A stretch of DNA of 64,000 nt from a virus. Lineage: Duplodnaviria > Heunggongvirae > Uroviricota > Caudoviricetes. Under the pieces are notes generated by a model. The model had not been told where the DNA came from, searched no databases, and was given only the letters and a program-made list of their open reading frames with translations. The stretch's first letter is position 1; each line of letters opens with the position of its first letter. The stretch is from IMG/VR virus record IMGVR_UViG_2529292920_000018, positions 2,322 through 66,321 of that record; one strand, written 5' to 3'. Made by a program: the position numbers and the translations under genes. Of this stretch, positions 1-9,483 are shown one piece after another.

Positions 1-235
1 TCAGTTGGGTGAACCCCTTAGCTGTCAGTGTCGCGTCCGGGTGGTTACGGGAACGTACGTGTTCAGCCAGTGACTGTGCGGCTTCCTCCGTTTTTTTCTT
101 CAGCCATTTCGTCCTGTTTGCCAGTTGCCGGGGGGCTCGATTTGATATCCCGTCTGCACCACCCAGAACCGGATCTGATGTCTCCAGTTGATAGATATTT
201 TCTTCCCACTTTTCTGTTTCATTCAGGTTTCCCAT
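1..235 (-). CDS. tail fibre protein, N-terminal fragment (gene continues beyond window start)
   Basis: Manual minus-strand translation from ATG at 235..233: MGNLNETEKWEENIYQLETSDPVLGGADGISNRAPRQLANRTKWLKK...RNHPDATLTAKGFTQL, a typical tail-fibre N-terminus; lies directly downstream of the gpI-like gene. Confidence 0.5.
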   Translation of the reverse strand, partial: MGNLNETEKWEENIYQLETSDPVLGGADGISNRAPRQLANRTKWLKKKTEEAAQSLAEHVRSRNHPDATLTAKGFTQL

Positions 236-237
236 AA

Positions 238-816
238 TCAACTGCTCCCGTGGTTATAACTGCCATCATGGATGGCGGTATTGTTATAGCGAATGGCCAC
301 AGACTGATACTCCAGGCTGGCCAGATGGCAGCGGGCCGGTGCAAATGCAGCCAGCGTCTGACGCAGCATCGCGGCCTGATCGTTAGTAATGGGCTGTTTC
401 AGAATAACGCGATAAACTGCCCAGGCGGCTGCATCTCCATGAACAAACAGTCCGTTATAGCTGCGATTGCCGTCGTAACTGAGACGACCTGTGCCTTCAA
501 TCAGATCCACTTCACCAAAGCCAAAACGGCGGATAACTTCCCGGATTGACCACGGCGTCCCTTTATACCGGTGCAGTTCGATGGCTGCTTTTATAAGCAT
601 GCGGCGAACATCGTCCGATTCCGCCAGCTCCCAGCCATCGCCAGACAGTGAGAACTGCTCGCCCAGCCATGGCAGCGCGGAACTGTCGACGATATCGACG
701 AGAAAGACCATCAGTACGCTCAGGTCGATGTTATCCAGCCGTCCTGCCAGTCTTCCCAGCGTCCTGAGACTGATATCACCCTCAAGCGGTGGCGGGAGTT
801 GTAATGGCTCAGTCAT
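238..816 (-). CDS. tail protein I-like (baseplate/tail-fibre attachment)
   Basis: 192-aa ORF following baseplate J in conserved V-W-J-I order. Confidence 0.75.
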   Translation of the reverse strand: MTEPLQLPPPLEGDISLRTLGRLAGRLDNIDLSVLMVFLVDIVDSSALPWLGEQFSLSGDGWELAESDDVRRMLIKAAIELHRYKGTPWSIREVIRRFGFGEVDLIEGTGRLSYDGNRSYNGLFVHGDAAAWAVYRVILKQPITNDQAAMLRQTLAAFAPARCHLASLEYQSVAIRYNNTAIHDGSYNHGSS

Positions 817-1912
817 CAGACACTCCAGTCATGTTAAGAGTGATTGCCGTACAGTTTGCCCATTCGTTTTCTGCCACCACCCGCAGTGCCGGTGTCACCA
901 GTTCAACCTGGTACACCCCGGAAACGGACAATGCACTGATAATCTGGCTGGGGACAATATCGCGCCCCAGCGTGGCGGCACGTGATGCCACCCAGTTCTG
1001 TATGGCGCTGTTAGCGGCATCTTTTACAGACCTGGCATCCTGATCACGATAGATCGTAATCTTGGCTTCAATGGTGTAATCCACCTTCACTGGTGTTTTA
1101 GCCCGCACTGTATCAGTGAGTGGCCTGACTTTCTCATCAGAGCAGAAACTCTCTACCAGCGTGAGAACACCGCCGTCCGGCAGACCGGTACTGAGCAGCG
1201 GATACAGATCTACGGTCCCGGGAACCGGGGAAAGCACAGCAACATCGACAATGTTGGGATGGGCCTGCATGGCATGAAAGCGGTATGCGCCACGGCTTCC
1301 GGCATTGGTGAATGACTCCGGGGCCAGCCTGATACGCTCCCGGAGCCTGTCATCGTCTTCCTGTTCTGAACCGCCGGAACTGGCCGTCAGATTGCTCACC
1401 AGCAGGTCGACGTTATCAATCTCATCGAGTAACTGACTGACCTGCGCAGGTTGCCAGCCGTTACCAGCGGTACCGGGTTCGGTACAGGTGGACGTGACAT
1501 TGACCAGCAGCAATCCGGCCTTCAGTACCACATCTGTATCGGTGGCAAAAATAACGCTGTCGGAAGCGCTGACGCGGGTGCCTGCCGGGATCAGCACATC
1601 AATGGCCAGTGCCTCATCTACGGAGAACTGGAGCGTGGTAGTGGCAGGCTGCGCGGCAAGACGGTATACACCGACCAGTTCACCGAGGTAATCAATCATC
1701 GGCTCACGGGCAAAGGCGACCAGATTCTGCTTTGCTGCCTCCTGTACCGCAACCCTGACCAGCATTTCGCGATAGGCCCACAGATCAATCAGCAGACGTT
1801 CTGCCTGTGCCGGGTACAGCGTTTTGCCGGTATCCGCTTCATACTTCGCAATCATTTCTGCCGTGATTTTGTCGGCATCGCGTTCAATAAAATCGGGTTC
1901 TGTCAGCGCCAT
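809..1912 (-). CDS. baseplate assembly protein J-like
   Basis: 367-aa ORF in conserved position; overlaps neighbours as in contractile-tail modules. Confidence 0.8.
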   Translation of the reverse strand: MALTEPDFIERDADKITAEMIAKYEADTGKTLYPAQAERLLIDLWAYREMLVRVAVQEAAKQNLVAFAREPMIDYLGELVGVYRLAAQPATTTLQFSVDEALAIDVLIPAGTRVSASDSVIFATDTDVVLKAGLLLVNVTSTCTEPGTAGNGWQPAQVSQLLDEIDNVDLLVSNLTASSGGSEQEDDDRLRERIRLAPESFTNAGSRGAYRFHAMQAHPNIVDVAVLSPVPGTVDLYPLLSTGLPDGGVLTLVESFCSDEKVRPLTDTVRAKTPVKVDYTIEAKITIYRDQDARSVKDAANSAIQNWVASRAATLGRDIVPSQIISALSVSGVYQVELVTPALRVVAENEWANCTAITLNMTGVSDD

Positions 1913-2250
1913 AGCAGCTCCTGAGTCCGGGTCTGTCCGTCTGAGCCTTTCCAGCTCACCCGGAGCGTAAGATGTTCGCCGTCGACGGCGGGTTTAACTG
2001 ACATAAGCTGGCAGCGGGGCTCCCAGCGCCGGATGGCATCGACGGATTCGCGCACCACATGCGGAATGGCCCGGTCTACAGGCCAGTCGATATAAAGATG
2101 CAGATTGCTGCCGAACTCCGGGCGATGCGGGTCGCTGCCGCGGGGAGTCCGCAGGATAATTTGAATCGCCTGCCGGATATCATCCAGCCCCCGGACAATT
2201 TCGCCGGGAGCCTGCAGGGTCGGTTGCCAGAATACTGAGGTTGTTTTCAT
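1903..2250 (-). CDS. baseplate protein W-like (gp25 family)
   Basis: 115-aa ORF with size and position of GPW/gp25 baseplate wedge protein. Confidence 0.8.
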   Translation of the reverse strand: MKTTSVFWQPTLQAPGEIVRGLDDIRQAIQIILRTPRGSDPHRPEFGSNLHLYIDWPVDRAIPHVVRESVDAIRRWEPRCQLMSVKPAVDGEHLTLRVSWKGSDGQTRTQELLWR

Positions 2251-2304
2251 GGGGGCAGTATTGCCCCCGTGCGGGAACGCTGATATTAAAGGCGTTTAAA
2301 AAGC

Positions 2305-2901
2305 TCAGTGGGAGTGGTGGCTGGAGTTTTCGCCATCAGACAACATACTGCCCGTGGCATGGGCATTCCCTTTAATCTCGATATTGCCATGGATGGTCGC
2401 GGTAACACCTTCACCACCAGAACCCGCCATGCCTCCTTCGTAAATCAGCTTACCCCTGACACGCAGATCTCCGGTAAGTTCGGTTTCCGGTGCGTCAATC
2501 GTGGCTTTCTGTGTTTTCAATACCACATCAGCACCACACTCAATGACAATATGCTCAATGCCGCCCCGGATGGTCAGAGTGTGCGTCTTCCGGTTGTAGC
2601 TGTACTCTGCACCATCAGCAAACCGGGTTCCCCGGATATTTTTGTCACTGAACGGTGGTTTATCGACGTCTGAATACACCGCGCCCAGAATAACACCATC
2701 CTCGCCGTTGGCATCGAGCAGTACCTCAACCTGCTCCCCCACGTCAGGGAGCCAGTAATCTTTGTTATCCTGGGTATTGCGCTGCAGCACGTTAAGCCAG
2801 TTTGTGCGCAGGTTATCGCATTCAGGCAGACGAACGCGGGCCTGAACCCTGTCGGCATCAACGGCACTGACCGTACCGACCTGACGAGTGACACCAGTCA
2901 T
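2305..2901 (-). CDS. baseplate spike/assembly protein V-like
   Basis: 198-aa ORF between gpD-like and gpW-like genes; Gly-rich C-terminus. Confidence 0.75.
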   Translation of the reverse strand: MTGVTRQVGTVSAVDADRVQARVRLPECDNLRTNWLNVLQRNTQDNKDYWLPDVGEQVEVLLDANGEDGVILGAVYSDVDKPPFSDKNIRGTRFADGAEYSYNRKTHTLTIRGGIEHIVIECGADVVLKTQKATIDAPETELTGDLRVRGKLIYEGGMAGSGGEGVTATIHGNIEIKGNAHATGSMLSDGENSSHHSH

Positions 2902-4052
2902 TTTTTCTTCTCCTTAATCACCGTCGATGTACTGCCATCCGGGTGATAAACCGTGAGTTTCTGAGTTTTTTGTTTTTTCCCTCTTGTGACTGGCCCCCGT
3001 GCCACTTCCAGCTCTGTGGTGTAGCCGCTGTTACGGTCAAACGCATGGCGGGCAGTGGTTATGAGCCATGGCCCGGATAACTGCCCAAAACCCACCAGTT
3101 CAATTTTGTTGCCTGCTGTCAGTTGAGGTGTTCCCGTCAGCGTCAGGGAGCCGTTCTGCTGGTATTCGTTATGTCTGGCCAGTGCTGAATCCGCTTTAAT
3201 CCGGGCACTGTCCGGGTCGCTGACGCGGCTGTTAACTTTAAGTGAGTCAGCGCTGGTAACCTTACCACCTTTGAGCTTTTTGTCGCTTTCACGGGTACCA
3301 CCATCAGCTTCGTAGACGATCAGTTTTTTACTGCTGCTTTTCTGGTGTTTTACCTTTGCAGATTTATAGACCCGGTTGATGGTGTCACGCAGGGAAAAGC
3401 GGGCCACATCCTGCGGTTTTAACTGCCTGACCGGCTCCTGACTGCGCAGTGTGGCCAGATGAGAAAAAATCAGCTGGTCACTGACCACTTTCACTGCATA
3501 ACCATACTCGCTGGCCAGCCGGCGCAGAAAACCCACGTCGGTTTCAGCATACTGGGTCACCCGGTCGATTCTGATGGACTCAATGCTGCCCACCAGTTTC
3601 AGTCGGTGCTTTCTGGCAATCCGCCCCGCAACAGCTGCCAGCGTGGTGTTCTCAAAACCACGACTGGTTTTAGTCCGCAGGGCACTGTTAACCGAGGTGG
3701 CCACCCCACGGATAGAAACAACGGAAGCGGGCGAACTCACTTCGATCTCGTCTATAGAGAACGTACCGCAGGACAGCAGCTTCTCGCCCTGATAGCCCAT
3801 TTTCAGCGTCAGCGTGTCACCCTTGCCCGGATACCATTTATCCAGCCAGCGGCCATCGGTGTCGTCCAGCTCCACCTCAATGGTATCGGACTCATTTTTG
3901 ATGTTATCGCTCCAGGTCACACGGGTGACATAAGGCGCGATATCAGAGGTGATGTTTTTCTGCAGATACCACAAAGTGAACACCGGTGTCAGCACATCGC
4001 TGACGCCGGTTAACGCTGATGTGACTTGCGCAGTGCTGTTTATCTCAGCCAT
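2898..4052 (-). CDS. tail protein gpD-like (late control D family)
   Basis: 384-aa ORF; size and position match gpD / Mu P; full length, unlike the truncated P2-like copy at 33673. Confidence 0.75.
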   Translation of the reverse strand: MAEINSTAQVTSALTGVSDVLTPVFTLWYLQKNITSDIAPYVTRVTWSDNIKNESDTIEVELDDTDGRWLDKWYPGKGDTLTLKMGYQGEKLLSCGTFSIDEIEVSSPASVVSIRGVATSVNSALRTKTSRGFENTTLAAVAGRIARKHRLKLVGSIESIRIDRVTQYAETDVGFLRRLASEYGYAVKVVSDQLIFSHLATLRSQEPVRQLKPQDVARFSLRDTINRVYKSAKVKHQKSSSKKLIVYEADGGTRESDKKLKGGKVTSADSLKVNSRVSDPDSARIKADSALARHNEYQQNGSLTLTGTPQLTAGNKIELVGFGQLSGPWLITTARHAFDRNSGYTTELEVARGPVTRGKKQKTQKLTVYHPDGSTSTVIKEKKK

Positions 4053-4255
4053 GGGGCAATATCCTCTTCTGTACGGGCTTCTTCAGCCTCAATCACCGGG
4101 ATCAGTAACAACAGCCCGGAGGGCAGCACCGGCGTGATGGCCACGTGCGGATTGGCGGCAATAATCCGGGGATAGCCCAGCGGGTCACCGTAGTACTGCC
4201 ATGCCAGCGAATCCCAGCGCTCTCCGTCACGGGTAACATGTTCAAGAAACATCAC
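4040..4255 (-). CDS. tail protein X-like (LysM-like)
   Basis: 71-aa ORF with WQYYGDP motif resembling the P2 gpX family. Confidence 0.55.
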   Translation of the reverse strand: MMFLEHVTRDGERWDSLAWQYYGDPLGYPRIIAANPHVAITPVLPSGLLLLIPVIEAEEARTEEDIAPWLR

Positions 4256-5136
4256 ACACTCCTCGTCAGTATTCTGGCGGCCATTGCACTTAATCCCGGA
4301 GACATGCGGTTGAATGCTGTGCCGGCGGCGTTAAGCTGCCCGGAAACGGTATCCAGAGCACCTGCAATATTTCTTTTGTCCACACCACTCAGCGCAGACT
4401 GTGCCTGCTGTACATACGTGGCTGCTTCGCTGGCTGTTCTGGCCAGACTGATGGCATCGGGCATGGATTCAGAGAGTGCGTTAAACGCCGGAACACTTTT
4501 CCCCAGAGCCCCGGAGATATTACCCAGTCCGCTCATCAGCCCCGGCACACGGGTCAGTGCGACAACGGGGTTATCCTTCATTTTCTGTGTCACCCGAACG
4601 GCGCTGATAGTGGTCTGGAGTACAGACTGCGCCTGTTTCGCATAGTTGACGCCGTTGCGGATGAACTGCGCCACCCCTGAAGGTGAAGGTATGGCACCGG
4701 AGACCGCCCCGACACCCGGGAGCTTCGTGCGTATTGCCGGTGGTTGCAGAGGATTTTTCGGGTCACCGGTGTATTCCCGGAGAGACACGGTGGCACTGAC
4801 AGCCAGCACGTTGCCGGTACTGTCAGTCTGCTCGCTGGTTGCAGTCACATCGGTAATCACGAACCAGCCGCGATAGTCACCGTTGCCGAAGACCAGCGCC
4901 AGTGCCTGATGGGCTTTCATGGCTGTTCGCAGTCTCGCCAGCTCCACATCGGGTACACAATAATGCTGATGGAAAACCAGAGTTATCTGGATTTCGTCCA
5001 GCCTGTCGCCGACGAACTGCAGGCCAGGCTTACCCCCGATGCGGGCATGCTCCGCATAATCGACGCCGAACGTGGCCTCGAAGCCGTCCCAGTAGGTAAT
5101 CAGCTCAAACTCAATATCACCCAGTACGGCAAACAT
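4252..5136 (-). CDS. tail protein (gpU / Mu N DNA-circulation-like)
   Basis: 294-aa ORF immediately downstream of tape measure, in the position of Mu N / P2 U. Confidence 0.5.
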   Translation of the reverse strand: MFAVLGDIEFELITYWDGFEATFGVDYAEHARIGGKPGLQFVGDRLDEIQITLVFHQHYCVPDVELARLRTAMKAHQALALVFGNGDYRGWFVITDVTATSEQTDSTGNVLAVSATVSLREYTGDPKNPLQPPAIRTKLPGVGAVSGAIPSPSGVAQFIRNGVNYAKQAQSVLQTTISAVRVTQKMKDNPVVALTRVPGLMSGLGNISGALGKSVPAFNALSESMPDAISLARTASEAATYVQQAQSALSGVDKRNIAGALDTVSGQLNAAGTAFNRMSPGLSAMAARILTRSV

Positions 5137-8087
5137 CAGCGGTACTCCTTACGTTGTTTCTGAGCCAGCAGACGCTCCAGCATTTTTTCCAGCTCATGCA
5201 GACTCATATTCAGGGCACCAGTCAGTCCTGCAGGCGCTGTGGTTTCCCTGCCATTGAGGAAAAACTGAGGATTAAAGCTGACCTGGATACCACCAGACGT
5301 TCCACCGCCGGTTGCAGCTGCACCACGGCCTGAATATCCGGCAGCCAGGATTTCAGGCGAGGGGATACGGGGAACATCCGGTGTCATCTCATTTGCCAGA
5401 CGTTGCCCTGGTAAAATCGATGCCCGGGTGGAGAGCGGAATAGCGGGCATGGAAGACAAACTATTGATTACGGCTCCGATCGCATTTTTAGCAGACGACA
5501 TAAACCCATTGATATCGGGCAACGGCATACTGAAGCGAACACCTGAAGTGTTATCCCGTATTTCTGGCCCCTGGATGCTCACGGGCATTCTGGGGAGCAG
5601 TTCACTGGCCATTCGCTGCCCGGCCAGAGCTGCAAGCGGAGTGGTCCGCTGCAGGCCAATGGCGGCCCCCTGCGCGATATTGTCACCAAAGCCCATAAAC
5701 ACGCGGCTCGGCGAATGAATGCCCAGCTTTTCGCTGAACCAGCCACTGATGCTGTCACCCATTCCGGTTACACTGGATTTGAGCGACTCCCATTTGTTTT
5801 TGATACCGTTAATCAGACCATCGACAAGATGGCCACCGAAGTCGGTAAACTTTGCCGGCAGATCAACACCAAGATATTTCAGCGCAGCTGCAAAGGCTTT
5901 ATAGAGCAGACCTGCCGGCGACCAGTTAATCAGCAGCTTACCAGTTCCCGCGATACCGCCGTTAAAGGCTTCCTGAATGTCAGCCCAGCACTGTTTAAAC
6001 CAGCTACTGATGCTGTCACCCATTCCGGTTACACTGGATTTGAGCGACCCCCATTTGTTTTTGATACCGTTAATCAGACCGTCGATAAGATGGCCACCGA
6101 AGTCGGTGAACTTTGCCGGCAGAGCAACGCCGAAATATTTCAGCGCAGCCGCAAAGGCTTTATAGAGCAGGCCTGCCGGCGACCAGTTAATCAGTAACTT
6201 ACCAATTCCCACAATGCCGCCGTTAAAGGCTTCCTGAATGTCTGCCCAGCGCTGTTTAAACCAGCCACTGACTGCCCCCCAGTTGCGGTAGATAAGGTAA
6301 GCTGCTGCCGCGACAGCGGTGATAACGAGACCGATGGGATTCATCATCAGCGCACGTCCAATCCAGAGAACAGCACGTCCGGCGAGCATAATTCCGCGAA
6401 CCAGCCCCCCGGAGAGCACGCCACTCAGTGTTCTGGCTCCTCTGGCGACGGCGCTAAATCCGGTCACCAGCCAGCGGAGCTTACCGCCTTGCCCCAGTGC
6501 GAGCGACAGACGAAGCCAGTTGGCCCGAAGTAAAACAGCATTTTTCCAGACACTTACAAAGGGGGAAATAAGGAGATTCAGCCCCAGTTTGAGACCAACA
6601 GTCGCTATCTTAATCGCAAGGAGCGCACTGATGAGCTTAAAAGCCCCACTGACAAATTGCGGGTGAGTCGCTACCCAGTGTTTTGCCCCCTGAATGAGTG
6701 GAAGCAGTTCCTGAGTCAAAGAAATAAAAGATGGAGCTAATTGATCGCCCAGCGTAATTGCCAGATCGCGACTGCTGACCATAAGTGTTTTAGTGGCTTC
6801 AAGGGGAGATTTCAGCCGCTGATCATAAGCACTGGCAAGCAAATCGTTATCCGCAGCCCTGAGAGCACCGGCACGGATCTCTCGATATCTGTCCATGTTG
6901 GCCAGCATCGGGCGGATAAATGCCATGACCTGCATATCCGCGAACATATCGCCCAGACCAAAGTTTTTCGCCAGAGCCTGAAGTGCCTCATCTCTTGCCG
7001 TATCATTCTTTATTTTCATGGCTGATTTGAAGCCGGCCAGCGCTTCGGGGCTTTTGGCATTGAGGTAACGTTCTATAACACTCAACATCCCTTCAATCGG
7101 AGAGATCCCCGCAGCTTTATAACTCGCAATAGATCCCTGCAAATCAATACCCAGATCAGCAAACTGTTTCTGAGTATCGCGGGCAAAAATTTTGGTAAGA
7201 AAGTTTTTAAAATTATTGGCTGCTTCGTCGGTGGAACCTGCACCGATTTTTGCTATCTGGAGACTGGCCCCTATTTCAGCAACAGCCTCTTTTCCACTGG
7301 CAATACCCGCCATCATTGGGGCCAGGGACTGCATCCACTTGACCTGATCCGGGATTTCAAATGACCCCTGGTCACCGGCATAAGCCATAATATTCTGAAC
7401 GGCACCAAAATCTCTGGCCGCACCTTTCAGGGAGTTTTGCCAGACTGCGGCCACTTTTGCCCAGTCCTGAGCAGACGTGCGTGTTGCCGTTGCCGCGCGG
7501 GCAATATCCGGCATCAGAAAACCGATATCTGACACATTATCAATATTGTCGCTGATGAGTGAACCCACCGCCTCCTGCAGCTCATCCTGATACTGATTGT
7601 ATTTAAGCGCCCAGCCTTTTATCTGTCCGGCAAGTGCATCCCGCGTTTTATTGTCATATTTTGCGGTGATCGACATATCAATCATTTTGTCCTGAAAAGA
7701 CATGGACTGCTGAACGGCAGGGGAAACCGTATGATAAACAGTCTGTGCCATGCCATACGCTTCAATCCCCTGACCATACAGCGCCATGCGGTTAGCTTTC
7801 AGCGCATCACTGGTAGCGGATGCCGCTGACAGACGGCGCTGCTGGCGCTCAATTTGCTCCATGGTGCGGCTTACCCGCAGCAGCTCGCTGTTGAGATGCT
7901 GCATCCGGGAAGAACCCAGTTGACCATAACGTTCTGTTGCACGGGTTAAAGCGTTCTGACGTTCCTGCAGGCGGCGTGAGGTATCGCTCAGGGAATCAAG
8001 CGCACGGCGGGTACCGCTCATTGCAGAACGGAATGTGCTACCAATCATCCCGCCGATAACAACGCCGACTGAAAACTGTCCCGACAT
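5136..8087 (-). CDS. tail tape measure protein
   Basis: 983-aa ORF, Ala/Gly-rich with predicted coiled coil; contains an internal 86-aa tandem duplication. Confidence 0.85.
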   Translation of the reverse strand: MSGQFSVGVVIGGMIGSTFRSAMSGTRRALDSLSDTSRRLQERQNALTRATERYGQLGSSRMQHLNSELLRVSRTMEQIERQQRRLSAASATSDALKANRMALYGQGIEAYGMAQTVYHTVSPAVQQSMSFQDKMIDMSITAKYDNKTRDALAGQIKGWALKYNQYQDELQEAVGSLISDNIDNVSDIGFLMPDIARAATATRTSAQDWAKVAAVWQNSLKGAARDFGAVQNIMAYAGDQGSFEIPDQVKWMQSLAPMMAGIASGKEAVAEIGASLQIAKIGAGSTDEAANNFKNFLTKIFARDTQKQFADLGIDLQGSIASYKAAGISPIEGMLSVIERYLNAKSPEALAGFKSAMKIKNDTARDEALQALAKNFGLGDMFADMQVMAFIRPMLANMDRYREIRAGALRAADNDLLASAYDQRLKSPLEATKTLMVSSRDLAITLGDQLAPSFISLTQELLPLIQGAKHWVATHPQFVSGAFKLISALLAIKIATVGLKLGLNLLISPFVSVWKNAVLLRANWLRLSLALGQGGKLRWLVTGFSAVARGARTLSGVLSGGLVRGIMLAGRAVLWIGRALMMNPIGLVITAVAAAAYLIYRNWGAVSGWFKQRWADIQEAFNGGIVGIGKLLINWSPAGLLYKAFAAALKYFGVALPAKFTDFGGHLIDGLINGIKNKWGSLKSSVTGMGDSISSWFKQCWADIQEAFNGGIAGTGKLLINWSPAGLLYKAFAAALKYLGVDLPAKFTDFGGHLVDGLINGIKNKWESLKSSVTGMGDSISGWFSEKLGIHSPSRVFMGFGDNIAQGAAIGLQRTTPLAALAGQRMASELLPRMPVSIQGPEIRDNTSGVRFSMPLPDINGFMSSAKNAIGAVINSLSSMPAIPLSTRASILPGQRLANEMTPDVPRIPSPEILAAGYSGRGAAATGGGTSGGIQVSFNPQFFLNGRETTAPAGLTGALNMSLHELEKMLERLLAQKQRKEYR

Positions 8088-8162
8088 AGTGGTTAACCTC
8101 CGGGGAAGGTGAAAAGACGTGAGGGGATAACGCAGAACAGCCGCTACTGGCGGCTGTCTGTA

Positions 8163-8420
8163 CTATGATTTGTCGCCGTACTCGCTTTTTATTTGCTCTT
8201 CAGCCTGCTCCAGCCACATCTCCAGATCGTCAGTATCGAGGGCATCAATCTCCCCCGGCTGAAACCGGAACCATCTCGCCAGCAGCCCCTGCGCCTGCGT
8301 CAGCGCCCTGGTTGCTCTCACCCATCCCCGTGATGAGCTGAAATCGTTTCTGTAACTGCAGGTAATCAGCCAGATCCATATTGTCGAGATCTTCCGGGAG
8401 AAGACCAGTACTGCGGGCAA
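8163..8420 (-). CDS. putative frameshift extension of tail assembly chaperone
   Basis: Overlapping alternative frame ending with acidic tail ...FQPGEIDALDTDDLEMWLEQAEEQIKSEYGDKS just before tape measure. Confidence 0.4.
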   Translation of the reverse strand: MPAVLVFSRKISTIWIWLITCSYRNDFSSSRGWVRATRALTQAQGLLARWFRFQPGEIDALDTDDLEMWLEQAEEQIKSEYGDKS

Positions 8421-8580
8421 TCAGCGGTTCGTCCCAGTCTGCCGGGTTTTTGCTGATTTTGCGCACCTGCTTCAGGTCTTTTACCGTCAGGCGTTTCAGT
8501 TCAACCAGCTCAATTCTGGTGCCTGCAGCAGTGGTGAAGGGATAAGACAATTTAAAAGTATCGGATGGGGTCTGTGACAT
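8245..8580 (-). CDS. tail assembly chaperone (upstream frame of a putative frameshifted pair)
   Basis: 111-aa ORF between tube and tape measure; overlapped by ORF 8163..8420 in another frame. Confidence 0.55.
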   Translation of the reverse strand: MSQTPSDTFKLSYPFTTAAGTRIELVELKRLTVKDLKQVRKISKNPADWDEPLIARSTGLLPEDLDNMDLADYLQLQKRFQLITGMGESNQGADAGAGAAGEMVPVSAGGD

Positions 8581-8677
8581 GATTGTGCTCCTGTGTAAGT
8601 TCAGGGCAGTATGTCGGGAGAAGCGCGTGACGGATATTAAAGGAGATTAAGAAGAAGGGGCCGGAGCCCCTGTGATG

Positions 8678-8959
8678 TCAGCAAGTGCGAAACCCCTTGC
8701 AGTTACGCAGGAAAGCGATGAGAAGCGTCTTTCCCTCAGATTTGCCGATGCCGGAGAACCAGTGGTCGGGAGGCTCCCATGCTTCAATCAAATCCGCCAG
8801 TTTGCGGGCCTTTGAACGTGTGCAGTCAATCGGGTCATTGGTTTTACGGGTATTAAAAAGGGTTTCCACCCCCGGAATATCAAGGAGGGTAAACCACGTA
8901 CCATTTGACATGCCCAGTGCCGCACATCGTCCTCCTTTATCCGTCAGTTCAACACTCAC
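8678..8959 (-). CDS. hypothetical protein
   Basis: 93-aa ORF between tail tube and chaperone. Confidence 0.35.
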   Translation of the reverse strand: MSVELTDKGGRCAALGMSNGTWFTLLDIPGVETLFNTRKTNDPIDCTRSKARKLADLIEAWEPPDHWFSGIGKSEGKTLLIAFLRNCKGFRTC

Positions 8960-8961
8960 CG

Positions 8962-9483
8962 TCAGCCCCCGATATTGATACGGTAGTCAGTCAGTTGATC
9001 AACACCGCCGACCCGGAAGATGTTGGCCAGATAGTCCAGTTGCAGCAGCTCTTCACCATCCAGTACCTGTCTGATATACGTGCAGGTGAAGCTACTGGAG
9101 AACTCGGCGTTCTCGTGCTGTTTGAACGTCCCCAGCGGGTTCTTCTTGAACATAATCGTCAGGAAGGTGACCAGCGGGATTTCGTCAATCAGCCCCTGCG
9201 AGCTGTAGCGCTGGACGCTGGAACGACACTGCAGTGCCAGCGACCTGTACGGGTTCGCGGCAGACAGCATCGCATCGCGGTAAAAGCTGTTCCATTTGAT
9301 TTCGCCTTCCAGTTTGTCAAAACCAGCCGGGAGTTCCACCTTACCCACCATCCCCAGCGCCTTGTGTTCCTGCATAATCATGGAGACATCGGGGAGTTTA
9401 ACTTCCTCAGCCCGTCCCAGCAGGTTAGTACCATCCAGATAGATGTTGGCATTCGTGATGCGGTTTATCTCAATCTTTGACAT
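8962..9483 (-). CDS. tail tube protein
   Basis: 173-aa ORF immediately downstream of sheath. Confidence 0.8.
   Translation of the reverse strand: MSKIEINRITNANIYLDGTNLLGRAEEVKLPDVSMIMQEHKALGMVGKVELPAGFDKLEGEIKWNSFYRDAMLSAANPYRSLALQCRSSVQRYSSQGLIDEIPLVTFLTIMFKKNPLGTFKQHENAEFSSSFTCTYIRQVLDGEELLQLDYLANIFRVGGVDQLTDYRINIGG

Noticed and set aside
5719-6165. Two near-identical 61-62-aa plus-strand ORFs
   Set aside because: They are antisense reflections of the tandem duplication inside the tape-measure gene, not independent genes.
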